The notes beneath the pieces are model-generated. The model worked only from the letters and a program-made list of their open reading frames with translations. It made no database searches and had not been told where the DNA came from. The position numbers and the translations under genes are program-made. A stretch of DNA of 59,370 nt, counting the filler. It is 3 parts of 3 records of this genome, joined end to end, with 100 filler letters (N's around TTAATTAATTAA, not from the genome) between each part and the next. Parts side by side here need not be neighbours in the genome. Positions count along the whole stretch, not along the records: positions 1 to 27,872 come from SRR31156797_5394; 2 more parts are not named here. One strand, given 5' to 3'. Below are positions 10,539 to 19,632 of the stretch, one piece after another; position 1 is the first letter of the stretch; each line of letters opens with the position of its first letter.

Positions 10539-11223
10539 TGATATAGCCGACCCCCCATACGGTTTTGATTAATTTCGGTTTGCGGGGTTGTTCGTTCAGT
10601 TTTTCCCGCAAACGGGCGATATGTGCCATCACTGTGTTATTGTTGTCTAAATACTTTTCTTTCCAAACTGCTTCAAAAAGGGTTTCCGAGGCAACGACCG
10701 ATCCTTGGTGTTCAAATAAGTAAAGCAAGATTTTAAATTCGATGGGGGTCAAGAAAACCTCTTTGCCATAAAGAAAACATTGGTGGCTGTTGATTTTCAA
10801 CAGTAAGCCTTCCTTTTCGTATTCTTCAATCTTCTGCGGAACAGCTGACTGATTGTATCGTTGGTATCGCCGTAGTTGCGTTTTGACCCGAGCAACAACT
10901 TCTAATGGATTGAAGGGTTTCGTCACATAATCATCTGCACCTAGACTTAAACCGGTAATTTTATCCAGATCTTCTCCTTTGGCAGTGAGCATCAGTACTG
11001 GAAAAAAGTGGGTTTTGCGAATGGTCTGTAACAGCTGAAAGCCGTCGATATCCGGCAGCATCACATCTAAAACTGCCACATCGACTGTTTCTTTTTCGAG
11101 ATAAGCCAAAGCACTCGTTCCATCATAAAAAGGTTCCACTTGAAAGCCTTCATTCCTTAGAAACGTCGTGACTAACTCGGCGATTTCTTTTTCATCATCA
11201 ACAACAATTATTTTTTCTGCCAT
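10528..11223 (-). CDS. vanR: VanC-type OmpR-family response regulator
   Basis: Receiver motifs VVDDE, LDVMLP and KPF with winged helix ending TVWGVGY; overlaps vanS. Confidence 0.95.
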   Translation of the reverse strand: MAEKIIVVDDEKEIAELVTTFLRNEGFQVEPFYDGTSALAYLEKETVDVAVLDVMLPDIDGFQLLQTIRKTHFFPVLMLTAKGEDLDKITGLSLGADDYVTKPFNPLEVVARVKTQLRRYQRYNQSAVPQKIEEYEKEGLLLKINSHQCFLYGKEVFLTPIEFKILLYLFEHQGSVVASETLFEAVWKEKYLDNNNTVMAHIARLREKLNEQPRKPKLIKTVWGVGYIIEK

Positions 11224-11321
11224 CCTTGATTCACTCCAACTATCTACGATCTTTTTTCATTTAAACTACCATTTACTCTACCCACATCATACCGTAATCG
11301 GTAAGCGAATGCATTCGTTTT

Positions 11322-13424
11322 CTACTTTGACATTGAAGGGACGCGGGAACCTAGTCGACTGATCAATTCATTGGGAATGGTTTGTGCTTGATCAGCTGTA
11401 TTCGTCCAATCGCTGATTACTTCTAACCAACTTTCGACCGCCAGTTCTGGATAGTCCGTTAAATCGATCAAGAGCATATCCATACAAATCAACCCAACCT
11501 GCGGGAGTAAAACCCCTTGATAAGACAATTGGAATCCTTGATTTGATAGGGCACGGGGGACTCCGTCACAGTAGCCGATACTAACGATCCCAATCGTGGT
11601 AGGTCGATCAAAAACAGTGGCTAGTCCATAGCCGATCGCTTCACCAGCGGCGACTGTTTTTTTGTCCACTAGTAAGGCTTTTAGGGTCAGAATCGGCTGT
11701 ACGTTTATCTTCTGTTTTGTTGGTTCATTCGGGACACTCAGGGAACCAGTTAAAAGAATACCCGGGCGCACATAATCATAGTGTTTCTCTGGATAATTCA
11801 AAATGCCGTAACTGCTTTGCAGATGTGTCAGTCCATAGGCGATATTTCTAGCGGATAAGCCAGCCAACAGATCATCAAAACAAGTGATTTGGGCTTGTGT
11901 CCGCAAGATACTTGCCGTATCCAGCTGATCTGAAGAGCCTAGATGGGAAAAAATGCCCGTGATCTTGAGAGATGGCAAGGCGTAAAGTCCAGTAACTGTC
12001 TCAACATCAGGTGCAACGCCTAAGCGGTGCATACCAGTATCTACCGCTAAATGGCATTCGATTGGAATGCCTGTTCGGGCTAACGCTTGTCCATGCGCTT
12101 CACTGACGATAGTTTGAATTAAGGAATATCGGTTCAGCTCTTTGGCACGTTGGGCAGAAGTGTACCCTAAAATCAGTAAGCGACTTTTAATGCCAGCTCG
12201 CCTTAATTCGATGGCTTCTTCTATGGTGGCAACAGCAAAAAAATCGACGCCTACTCTTTCTAAGGTACGAGCGACCAATTGTGCATCGCAACCATAGGCA
12301 TCTGCTTTAACCACCGCCATCACTTTTGTTTTTGCGGGGATCAATCGCTTGATTTCCTGCAAGTTGTGCAACAGGGCGGGGGCGGAAAATTCTTTGGCTG
12401 CCCGCTGCAAGTGGAGCGGCGTTTTTTTTGGAAACGGGAACAGCTTTTGCAAAGCAAAGAGACCATAAATCAACCCGATGGTCAATCCTAAGACCACGAA
12501 GTAATTGATTAGATTGTTTTGAAGCAAGGGCAGTTTCTGACTAAGAAAATGGGTTACTGCAATGGTATAAGGATGGAGCAAATAGAGCCAAAGGGACAGA
12601 CGACCCGCTTGTTTCCAGATCACGGGTGCTTGCCATTGCTGAATGATCGGAAATAAAAACAAGAGAACGAAGGGCAAAAAGACATACATGCTGTCATGTT
12701 TAGGTGTAGTAAAGTGATGCAAGAGATAACTTTCCAGAAGCAAGCAAATAAGACTAATCATCAGATAACTATAGCGATGGGGAGAAGCAGGTTTTTTGGC
12801 AAATCTTCTGGCTAGTACCCCTAAGATCAAAAATAAGGGAGCAAAAAAAATGCCGTTGCGAGTTCCATCCAATAGTTGGAAAATCAGTGAATAGAGTGGC
12901 GTGATGGGTGTTTGTGCAGCCAGTCCAGACCAACTGTCCCCACCTAAACCAACCACATACAAACCGACAGCAATGAAAAACACCTGCTTGAAAGAAAGAC
13001 GTGTCAAGAGGCCCATCACTAGTAGACCGCCGGTAATGATCGCAGGAAAATACCAAAGATGGTAAAGAATGCCGTTGACTAGCAAAGTTTGAATAAAAGT
13101 GTCTAGTGGCATGTTCAATCCTAGTATGCCGCTGTACCAAGCAAGCGGCAAAAAGAGCAGTGTGGCAATGAGATAGACTTGCAGCTGTTTTTTGATAAAT
13201 AACCAGATACGTTGTCTGGCAGGATAGCTGTTTTGGGTGGCTAAATCACTGAACACATAATACCCGCTGATCATAAAAAAGAAGGGGACGGCGATTCTGA
13301 AAAGAGTCAATGTGATCAGGATATCACCATCGGGCCACAATCGATGAAGGGGCAGACAGTGGATTGCGACCACCATCATCGCTAAAATCACCCGAAACTG
13401 CTCGATTTCTTGATTCTTCTTCAT
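11322..13424 (-). CDS. vanT: Membrane-bound serine racemase
   Basis: Polytopic N-terminal domain fused to an alanine-racemase domain with PLP lysine AVVKADAYG; 700 aa. Confidence 0.96.
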   Translation of the reverse strand: MKKNQEIEQFRVILAMMVVAIHCLPLHRLWPDGDILITLTLFRIAVPFFFMISGYYVFSDLATQNSYPARQRIWLFIKKQLQVYLIATLLFLPLAWYSGILGLNMPLDTFIQTLLVNGILYHLWYFPAIITGGLLVMGLLTRLSFKQVFFIAVGLYVVGLGGDSWSGLAAQTPITPLYSLIFQLLDGTRNGIFFAPLFLILGVLARRFAKKPASPHRYSYLMISLICLLLESYLLHHFTTPKHDSMYVFLPFVLLFLFPIIQQWQAPVIWKQAGRLSLWLYLLHPYTIAVTHFLSQKLPLLQNNLINYFVVLGLTIGLIYGLFALQKLFPFPKKTPLHLQRAAKEFSAPALLHNLQEIKRLIPAKTKVMAVVKADAYGCDAQLVARTLERVGVDFFAVATIEEAIELRRAGIKSRLLILGYTSAQRAKELNRYSLIQTIVSEAHGQALARTGIPIECHLAVDTGMHRLGVAPDVETVTGLYALPSLKITGIFSHLGSSDQLDTASILRTQAQITCFDDLLAGLSARNIAYGLTHLQSSYGILNYPEKHYDYVRPGILLTGSLSVPNEPTKQKINVQPILTLKALLVDKKTVAAGEAIGYGLATVFDRPTTIGIVSIGYCDGVPRALSNQGFQLSYQGVLLPQVGLICMDMLLIDLTDYPELAVESWLEVISDWTNTADQAQTIPNELISRLGSRVPSMSK

Positions 13425-13993
13425 GCGAACTGCCTCGCGGTTTGTTCAAGATATTGATAGTATTCTTCCAATGTCCACTGTTGACTGGCGATGATTTGAC
13501 TATGAGGTAGACCGACATAACGAAAATGCCATGGTTCATAGCCAATCCCTGTAATCTCCTGTTTGTCTGCGGGATAGCGTAAAATAAATCCGTAGTTCAT
13601 CATTTCCTGTGTAAATAAATCCGCCGCTGCGCTGTCACGAAACCGTGGGCAGATCAAATCACCTTGCTGGCCTTTTAAACCAACATCGATCGCTAAGCCT
13701 AACTGATGCTCGCTGCAGCCGGGCAACGCCACAAATTGTTTCGTATAGGCTAATCCATTTTCTTTTAAGGAATATTCCCATAAATGCCGTTGCTGCTTTT
13801 CGGTTCGATAGCCGTCTAATAAGCAGATCTCGTTTTCAAGTTTTAAGGCTTTGACGAGGCGTTCCCATTGTTTGGCTGCTTCAGGCTGCAAGTAAACTTC
13901 TTCTTCACTAAAAGCAGAAAGGACGAGGTGGGGCGGCTCTTGGTTTTTTTCTAATGGAAACTCTTTGCTAACTAACTGTAGATAGGGATTCAT
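13421..13993 (-). CDS. vanXY: D,D-dipeptidase/D,D-carboxypeptidase
   Basis: SEHQLGLAID and EPWH zinc motifs; 190 aa; 4-nt overlaps with both neighbours. Confidence 0.96.
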   Translation of the reverse strand: MNPYLQLVSKEFPLEKNQEPPHLVLSAFSEEEVYLQPEAAKQWERLVKALKLENEICLLDGYRTEKQQRHLWEYSLKENGLAYTKQFVALPGCSEHQLGLAIDVGLKGQQGDLICPRFRDSAAADLFTQEMMNYGFILRYPADKQEITGIGYEPWHFRYVGLPHSQIIASQQWTLEEYYQYLEQTARQFA

Positions 13994-15042
13994 TTGCCTT
14001 CCTCCTTTGCTAAGACAAGCAGTTTTTGTAGTAGTTCTTGATAGGATAAGCCGATTGCTGCCATCATGGCAGGATAGCGGGAGTGACTCGTAAAGCCCGG
14101 CATAGTATTGATTTCATTCAAGTATAGTTCTCCTTGATCCGTGACAAAAAAGTCGATGCGAGCAAGTCCTTTAAGACCAAGACTGTGATAGAGCAGCTGA
14201 GCTTGTTCTTTGACTTTGGTTTCAATCGTTTCAGCCAATGGTGCAGGAACGGTGATCTTGGCGCTAATCAACTGGTACTTTTCTTCAAAATCGAAAAAGC
14301 CTTCTACTAATGAAATAGCGTCACAAGCACCGACAGTCAAAGAGTCGTTGCCTAAGATACCGCAACCAATCTCAACGCCAGCTATATTTTTTTGTAAGAG
14401 CACTGCTGAACAATAAGCGAAGGCTTCCTTCAAGGCAGGAGCAATTTCTTCGACACAAGTCACTTTTGTGATCCCTTTTGAGGAGCCAGCTTCATTAGGC
14501 TTAAAGAAAACCGGAAAGTCATGGGTCTGGATAAAGGCTTCGATTTGTCTTTGCTGGTTGTCTTGATTTGTCAAGAGAATCGTAGGAGCGCTTTGTACGC
14601 CAATCGCTTCTGCTGCTTGATGCAATAACCATTTGTTCATACATAATGCGGAGGCCGCCACACCGCAGCCTACATAAGGTAGTTTCATCAATTCAAACAA
14701 TCCTTGGATACTGCCATCTTCCCCGTATTTGCCATGCATAATGGGAAATAAAACATCAGGTACCAACGTTTGTTGCTCTTCACTTAGCCAAAAGCCGTTT
14801 CCTTCAAAAAGCGGCTGGATTTTCTGTTTATGTTTCGTATCCAACAGCCACGTGTCTTGTCGGATGTTTTCCAGTTCTCCTGTGTACAAATACCAATCCA
14901 TAGCATCTGGGGCGATCCCGATCAAAGAGAGGTCGTAATCATAGGGAGATGATTGGAGTGCTTCGATTGCGCTAGTTGCTGAGGCTAAAGAAACGGTGTA
15001 TTCCGATGAATTGCCTCCAAAAATAATGGCGATTTTTTTCAT
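13990..15042 (-). CDS. vanC: D-alanine--D-serine ligase (VanC2/3/4 group)
   Basis: HGKYGEDG, GSSKG and NEINTMPG motifs with the D-Ser ligase signature EKYQ; N-terminus MKKIAIIFGG is the casseliflavus type. Confidence 0.97.
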   Translation of the reverse strand: MKKIAIIFGGNSSEYTVSLASATSAIEALQSSPYDYDLSLIGIAPDAMDWYLYTGELENIRQDTWLLDTKHKQKIQPLFEGNGFWLSEEQQTLVPDVLFPIMHGKYGEDGSIQGLFELMKLPYVGCGVAASALCMNKWLLHQAAEAIGVQSAPTILLTNQDNQQRQIEAFIQTHDFPVFFKPNEAGSSKGITKVTCVEEIAPALKEAFAYCSAVLLQKNIAGVEIGCGILGNDSLTVGACDAISLVEGFFDFEEKYQLISAKITVPAPLAETIETKVKEQAQLLYHSLGLKGLARIDFFVTDQGELYLNEINTMPGFTSHSRYPAMMAAIGLSYQELLQKLLVLAKEEGK

Positions 15043-15080
15043 ATTTTTCTTCCTTCCACTTTTCGATTCTTGCTACATTC

Positions 15081-15168
15081 AGTCTATCAAGGAAAGAAAA
15101 AAGAAATTTACGGGCTTACTGGTATCTTTCTTTTCTTTTTGTGATGAAATTGTGACGAATTTATGACA
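15081..15168 (-). promoter_or_regulatory. vanC promoter: extended -10 plus upstream 11-bp-period direct repeats
   Basis: Minus strand TGaTAGACT (15089-15081) with no recognisable -35; TGTCATA, CGTCACA, CATCACA at an 11-bp period (15168-15140). Confidence 0.5.
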
Positions 15169-15318
15169 AAAGGAAGGCGACAGCTGTCGCTCTTTTTACG
15201 CAAGAAAGGAAACAGAATTTGAAGTAGAAAAAGCTGCCATAAGATGGAGCGGAGAAAATAGTGAAAGGAGAGCACATTTAAGGAAGGAAAGGAGAGGCAA
15301 TAGCAGGAACGTTGACAC

Positions 15319-15346
15319 AAAAAAAGCACGCCGAAGCATGCTTTTT
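15319..15346 (-). terminator. Terminator after the TIGR01440 gene
   Basis: AAAAAAGCAcG-ccgaag-CATGCTTTTT hairpin. Confidence 0.6.
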
Positions 15347-15387
15347 CCTTTTGAAGATGGTTTTTCGCTCATTATACGATTCGCTTA

Positions 15388-15933
15388 TTATGCGTAATGA
15401 GCACGAGGACCACCGATATATTTGGGCCGTGATCCCAGAGCTGTGACATGGGCAGCGCCAAGGGTCTTGATAGAGGGACGGATCGGGATTTGAACATGTT
15501 TGACATGCATGCCGATCGCTGTGTCACCAATATCGATGCCAGCTTTTGCCACTATGTGCTCCACTTCAATAGGCTCATCGAACAGCTGGAAAGCCGCAAC
15601 TGAGCAAGCCCCGCCTGCATGCAGCTGGGGCACTACAGCGACTTCTTCTAAGTGATAGAGCTGAGCCGTTTCACGCTCAACGGCTAAAGCCCGATTGAGG
15701 TGTTCACAGCCTTGAACGGCTAAATGAATATTTTTAGGACGCAAGATCGCTCGCAGTGTTTCGACGATGATCATGCCTACTTCTTGACTGGAATTTTTGC
15801 CAATCAAGCCGCCCACGACTTCACTTGTTGAACAGCCAAGGACAAAAAGATCGTTTTCACCAACGTTCGCTGTCGTAATGACTTCTTCAACGATCGTAGT
15901 TAAATCCGTTTTTAATTGATTGATATCTGTCAT
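15388..15933 (-). CDS. TIGR01440/YwlG (UPF0340) family protein
   Basis: [31 protein letters not shown] and [10 protein letters not shown] family motifs. Start moved to ATG 15933 on RBS spacing. Confidence 0.88.
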   Translation of the reverse strand: MTDINQLKTDLTTIVEEVITTANVGENDLFVLGCSTSEVVGGLIGKNSSQEVGMIIVETLRAILRPKNIHLAVQGCEHLNRALAVERETAQLYHLEEVAVVPQLHAGGACSVAAFQLFDEPIEVEHIVAKAGIDIGDTAIGMHVKHVQIPIRPSIKTLGAAHVTALGSRPKYIGGPRAHYA

Positions 15934-15938
15934 AAGAA

Positions 15939-16418
15939 TCACCTTTCATTTAAAGAAAACTTTTTCGTGCGGCGCAAGGCATGCGTCAGCGGTAAAGCAA
16001 CGATGCTGCCAAAGACCGTTTGGATCAAATTACTTGGAATCGAGGCGATCCCAGCGCCTAAACCGAATAGTAAAACTGTTGCTGCTGCGTAGCCGGCGAT
16101 CATGATCAAGCTGCCGACAATGACGGCTGCTAGTGGCCGGTGGCTCATTCTGCCTACGATCCAGCCTTGTACACCATGAATCACGATGGAAAAGAAGGCC
16201 CATTCAGGGTAACCTGATAGAAAATCAATGATGCCGCCGCTCATTCCACCGACGAAGGCCCCGGCGCTAGGTCCGAACAAAAGGGCCGAGATATAGATCC
16301 CTGCTTCACATAAGGTCACAAAGCCCTTCGTTTGTGGAACAGGAATGATAAAGGTCAAAGAAAGTGCACAGGTAAGCGCCGTCAGCATAGCGATCATGGT
16401 TAGGTTTCTTACTTTCAT
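15939..16418 (-). CDS. ECF transporter S component (PdxU/HmpT-like)
   Basis: Hydrophobic 159 aa with AMLTAL N-terminal helix and IPVPQTKG..L; coupled to the kinase gene. Confidence 0.85.
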   Translation of the reverse strand: MKVRNLTMIAMLTALTCALSLTFIIPVPQTKGFVTLCEAGIYISALLFGPSAGAFVGGMSGGIIDFLSGYPEWAFFSIVIHGVQGWIVGRMSHRPLAAVIVGSLIMIAGYAAATVLLFGLGAGIASIPSNLIQTVFGSIVALPLTHALRRTKKFSLNER

Positions 16419-17203
16419 AGGTGTTCCTCCTTTTTAAAATAGGCGAGCTGATTGACGTTGCCAGAGGTTCCTAAAGGCAGACCGTCTTCGATCCCTGCCC
16501 AAACAAATGCTTTTGCAGTTTGAACAGCTGTTTCCAATGAAGTGCCTTTGGCAAGTAAAGCGGCAATCGCCGATGAAAGGGTACACCCAGCACCGTTGGT
16601 AGTCGTTCGGGTACTTTTTTCTGCTTCGAAAACAGTATATTGCCCAGAGTGGTATAAAAGGTCGTAGGCTCTTTCTCCAGTTAGTCGACTGCCACCTTTG
16701 ATCAGGATATTTGGGGCACCCAATGCATGGATTTTTTTCGCCGCGGTTTTCATTTCCGCCAACGTCGTAATGGTTTGACCAGAGAGGTGCTGAGCTTCGA
16801 GTAGATTAGGTGTTACTAATGCTGTGTAAGGAAACAATGAGATCAATCCTGCTTGATAGGAGTGGTTAAAGGCAGTATCTCCTTCTTTAAAGGCAAGAAC
16901 TGGATCGAGCACGATCGGTCCGGTAAATGTTTGTAAAAAATCCCGCAGCAATTCAATGATGGCCGTTTGATGAAGCAGCCCGATTTTGATTGCATCTAGG
17001 GATACGGTCGAACGCAGCGAATCCAATTGTGCTCGGATCACAGGCTCAGGAAGATCATGGAACAAAAGATTATCGTTAATGGCGACAACACAGGTCAATA
17101 AGGCATGACCAAACACCCCGAATTCCTCAAATGTTTTCAAATCCGCCGTCATGCCGCCGCCTGCCAAACTGTCAAGACCGGCGATCGATAAGACTTGTTT
17201 CAT
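16415..17203 (-). CDS. ThiD-family pyridoxal/hydroxymethylpyrimidine kinase
   Basis: SIAGLDSLAGGG..ADLKTF, LDPV, TPNL.EA and GAGCTLSSA motifs. Confidence 0.88.
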   Translation of the reverse strand: MKQVLSIAGLDSLAGGGMTADLKTFEEFGVFGHALLTCVVAINDNLLFHDLPEPVIRAQLDSLRSTVSLDAIKIGLLHQTAIIELLRDFLQTFTGPIVLDPVLAFKEGDTAFNHSYQAGLISLFPYTALVTPNLLEAQHLSGQTITTLAEMKTAAKKIHALGAPNILIKGGSRLTGERAYDLLYHSGQYTVFEAEKSTRTTTNGAGCTLSSAIAALLAKGTSLETAVQTAKAFVWAGIEDGLPLGTSGNVNQLAYFKKEEHL

Positions 17204-17265
17204 CTATGCTGCTCCTTTCGTTTCTCATTTCTTTCTATTATAAACAGTTGGTAAAAAAGAAAAAC

Positions 17266-17300
17266 GGCCAATTGGATGTTTTTTCCTCATCCAATTGACC
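17266..17300 (-). terminator. Terminator after zwf
   Basis: GGcCAATTGGATG...CATCCAATTGaCC stem preceded by A-runs on the + strand. Confidence 0.7.
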
Positions 17301-17306
17301 AATTGC

Positions 17307-18833
17307 TTATTTTTCATTTAGTAAATCTCGCTCACGATACCATTCATCGGGGCGCCAGATCCATTCAAAACCATCGGCAGCTAAGAGATCATAGGCAGCT
17401 TGGGGTCCCATCGTTCCTGCGGCATAGTTTGGAAAATCAGGCGTTTCTTGGTCCCAAGCGTGACGGATCACATCAACGATGCGCCAAGATTGGGCAACTT
17501 CATCCCAATGGGTAAAGTTAGTGCCATCCCCGTTCAAAGCATCTAAAATCAATTTTTCGTAGGCTTCAGGGGTGTTTTCGACGATTTCAGTACTATTCCG
17601 ATAATCGAGCTTCACTGGCAATGTCTCAAACCCTTGGCCAATTTCTTTTCCATTCAAGGAAAGAGAGAAGCCTTCTGTCGGTTGAATGTAGATTGTCAGC
17701 ACATTCGGTGCCAAACTCTCGTTTTGCTTTTGTTCATTCAGGTCTTGCTTAAAGACATTGACAGGGACTTGTTTAAAGACAATGTTGATGCGAGTGCCTT
17801 TTTCCGTCAAGCGTTTCCCGGTTCGTACATAGAAAGGTACGCCGGACCAGCGGAAGTTGTCGATCAAGAATTTTCCAGCAACGAAGGTTTCAGTTGCCGA
17901 TTCTTCATCGACATTGGCTTCTTCTCGGTAGCCAGCAAATTCCTTATCTTCTAATTGTCCTTTGGCGTATTGACCACGAACGAAGTGTTGTTTCACTTCT
18001 TCTTCGGAGTAAATACGGATCGCATTTAAGGCTTTGATTTTTTCCGTCCGTAATTCTTTTTCAGAAAAAGCCACTGGCGGTTCCATGGCTAATAAGGAAA
18101 GGATCTGCAGAATATGGTTTTGGACCATATCTTTCAAGGCACCGCTCTTATCATAATACCCACCGCGTTCTTCAACACCTAAGTTTTCTGCGATATTGAT
18201 CTGAACATTGTCAATGTACCGATTGTTCCACATCGACTCAAAAATGTTATTGGCAAAACGAATCGCAGAAATGTTTTGGATCATTTCTTTTCCTAAATAA
18301 TGATCGATCCGGTAGATTTCTTGCTCTGTAAAGACTTGATTGATCTCTTCATTCAATTCTTTTGCTGAGTCGTAGTCGCTTCCAAATGGTTTTTCGATGA
18401 TCACCCGATGGTAGCCGTCAGTATCCAGCATTCCTTGGGATTTCAAGTGAGAAACGATCGTCCCAAAGAAATTAGGGGACATTGCTAAGTAAAAAATCTG
18501 ATTGCCTTCTAAATGGTATTTCTGATCTAAGGTTTCCGCCAAATCCTTTAATGAATCATAATGACTCGTATCTGTTACATCATGTGATTGGTAGTAGAAA
18601 TGAGAAGCGAATGTCTCTGCTTGCTCTTGTGAGTCGCTCAATTCTTTGATCGTACCTATCACTACTTCACGATAGTGTTCATCCGACCAAGGACGGCGAG
18701 CAGTACCGATGACTGCAAAATCTTCTTTCAAATCGCCTTTTTTGTACAACCGAAACAAAGAAGGGTATAGTTTGCGTTGGGCAAGGTCGCCCGTACCGCC
18801 AAAAATCGTAAAAAGGACCTTTTTTTCCATCAT
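17307..18833 (-). CDS. zwf: Glucose-6-phosphate 1-dehydrogenase
   Basis: GGTGDLA, EKPFG and RIDHYLGKE motifs. Confidence 0.97.
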   Translation of the reverse strand: MMEKKVLFTIFGGTGDLAQRKLYPSLFRLYKKGDLKEDFAVIGTARRPWSDEHYREVVIGTIKELSDSQEQAETFASHFYYQSHDVTDTSHYDSLKDLAETLDQKYHLEGNQIFYLAMSPNFFGTIVSHLKSQGMLDTDGYHRVIIEKPFGSDYDSAKELNEEINQVFTEQEIYRIDHYLGKEMIQNISAIRFANNIFESMWNNRYIDNVQINIAENLGVEERGGYYDKSGALKDMVQNHILQILSLLAMEPPVAFSEKELRTEKIKALNAIRIYSEEEVKQHFVRGQYAKGQLEDKEFAGYREEANVDEESATETFVAGKFLIDNFRWSGVPFYVRTGKRLTEKGTRINIVFKQVPVNVFKQDLNEQKQNESLAPNVLTIYIQPTEGFSLSLNGKEIGQGFETLPVKLDYRNSTEIVENTPEAYEKLILDALNGDGTNFTHWDEVAQSWRIVDVIRHAWDQETPDFPNYAAGTMGPQAAYDLLAADGFEWIWRPDEWYRERDLLNEK

Positions 18834-18842
18834 CTTCACTCC

Positions 18843-19499
18843 TTACAGTTTATCAACAAAAATCGTGCTGGCGGCTTTGTAGCTGACAGCAATTTCTTTT
18901 GTGTCATTTTTGATCGTAATCGGACCCTCGTATGCTGCCGCATCGATGATCTCGTATTCTTCATGAATATTCAATTGGATCGAAACAAGGTAATCCAGCA
19001 GTTCTCGTTCATCAAGGACACGGGCGATACGAATCTTGGTTCCTACCGGGTAGGAACTCATGGTGTTTTTTTCGCCTTCGTGAATGAGTTCTCCTTGTTC
19101 GGGGATCATGCCGCCATGTGGGCAATACCGAGGATGATCAAGGTAGGCTTCTAAGCGGCTCGCCAGTGTTTCCGAGGTGACGTGTTCTAAAACTTCTGCG
19201 TCATCATGAACTTCATTCCATGAGTAATGCAGGTGCTCCACAAGAAAGACTTCCCATAAACGATGCTTGCGGATCAGAGCACTTGCAGAAGCTAAACCAG
19301 TTTCAGTCAACTGTACCCCTTGATAAGGTGAATGTTCCACTAAGCCTTCTTTTAATAATTTTGAAATCATTTCACTTACTGAAGCTGCTGAGACGTCCAG
19401 ACCTGACACGATTTGTTTGTTATTGATTTTCTTTTGGTCACCACCAAGCTCCAAGATGAGCTTTAAATAATCTTCACGATTTGGTGTCATCGGATCCAT
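18843..19499 (-). CDS. DtxR/MntR-family metal-dependent repressor (EfaR/SloR-like)
   Basis: EDYLK, RKHRLWEVFL, AEVLEH, CPHG and a C-terminal FeoA domain. Confidence 0.92.
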   Translation of the reverse strand: MDPMTPNREDYLKLILELGGDQKKINNKQIVSGLDVSAASVSEMISKLLKEGLVEHSPYQGVQLTETGLASASALIRKHRLWEVFLVEHLHYSWNEVHDDAEVLEHVTSETLASRLEAYLDHPRYCPHGGMIPEQGELIHEGEKNTMSSYPVGTKIRIARVLDERELLDYLVSIQLNIHEEYEIIDAAAYEGPITIKNDTKEIAVSYKAASTIFVDKL

Positions 19500-19589
19500 C
19501 CTCTCTTATCAAAGACTATCAAAGTAGATTTTATCAAAAAAGCCGGCTGATTACTACGAAAAAACCCGCCGGTTTCCAATATTCTATGT

Positions 19590-19631
19590 AAAAGAAGGCC
19601 GAGGGGAGCAACTCCACCTCAGCCTTTTTTT
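19590..19631. terminator. Terminator after pepS
   Basis: AAGGCcGAGGGGAG-caa-CTCCaCCTCaGCCTT stem with A and T tails. Confidence 0.7.
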
Positions 19632-19632
19632 A

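Noticed and set aside
9408-15042. Acquired, mobile vancomycin resistance
   Set aside because: VanC type with no transposase, integrase or repeats, embedded among housekeeping genes; this is the known intrinsic locus.
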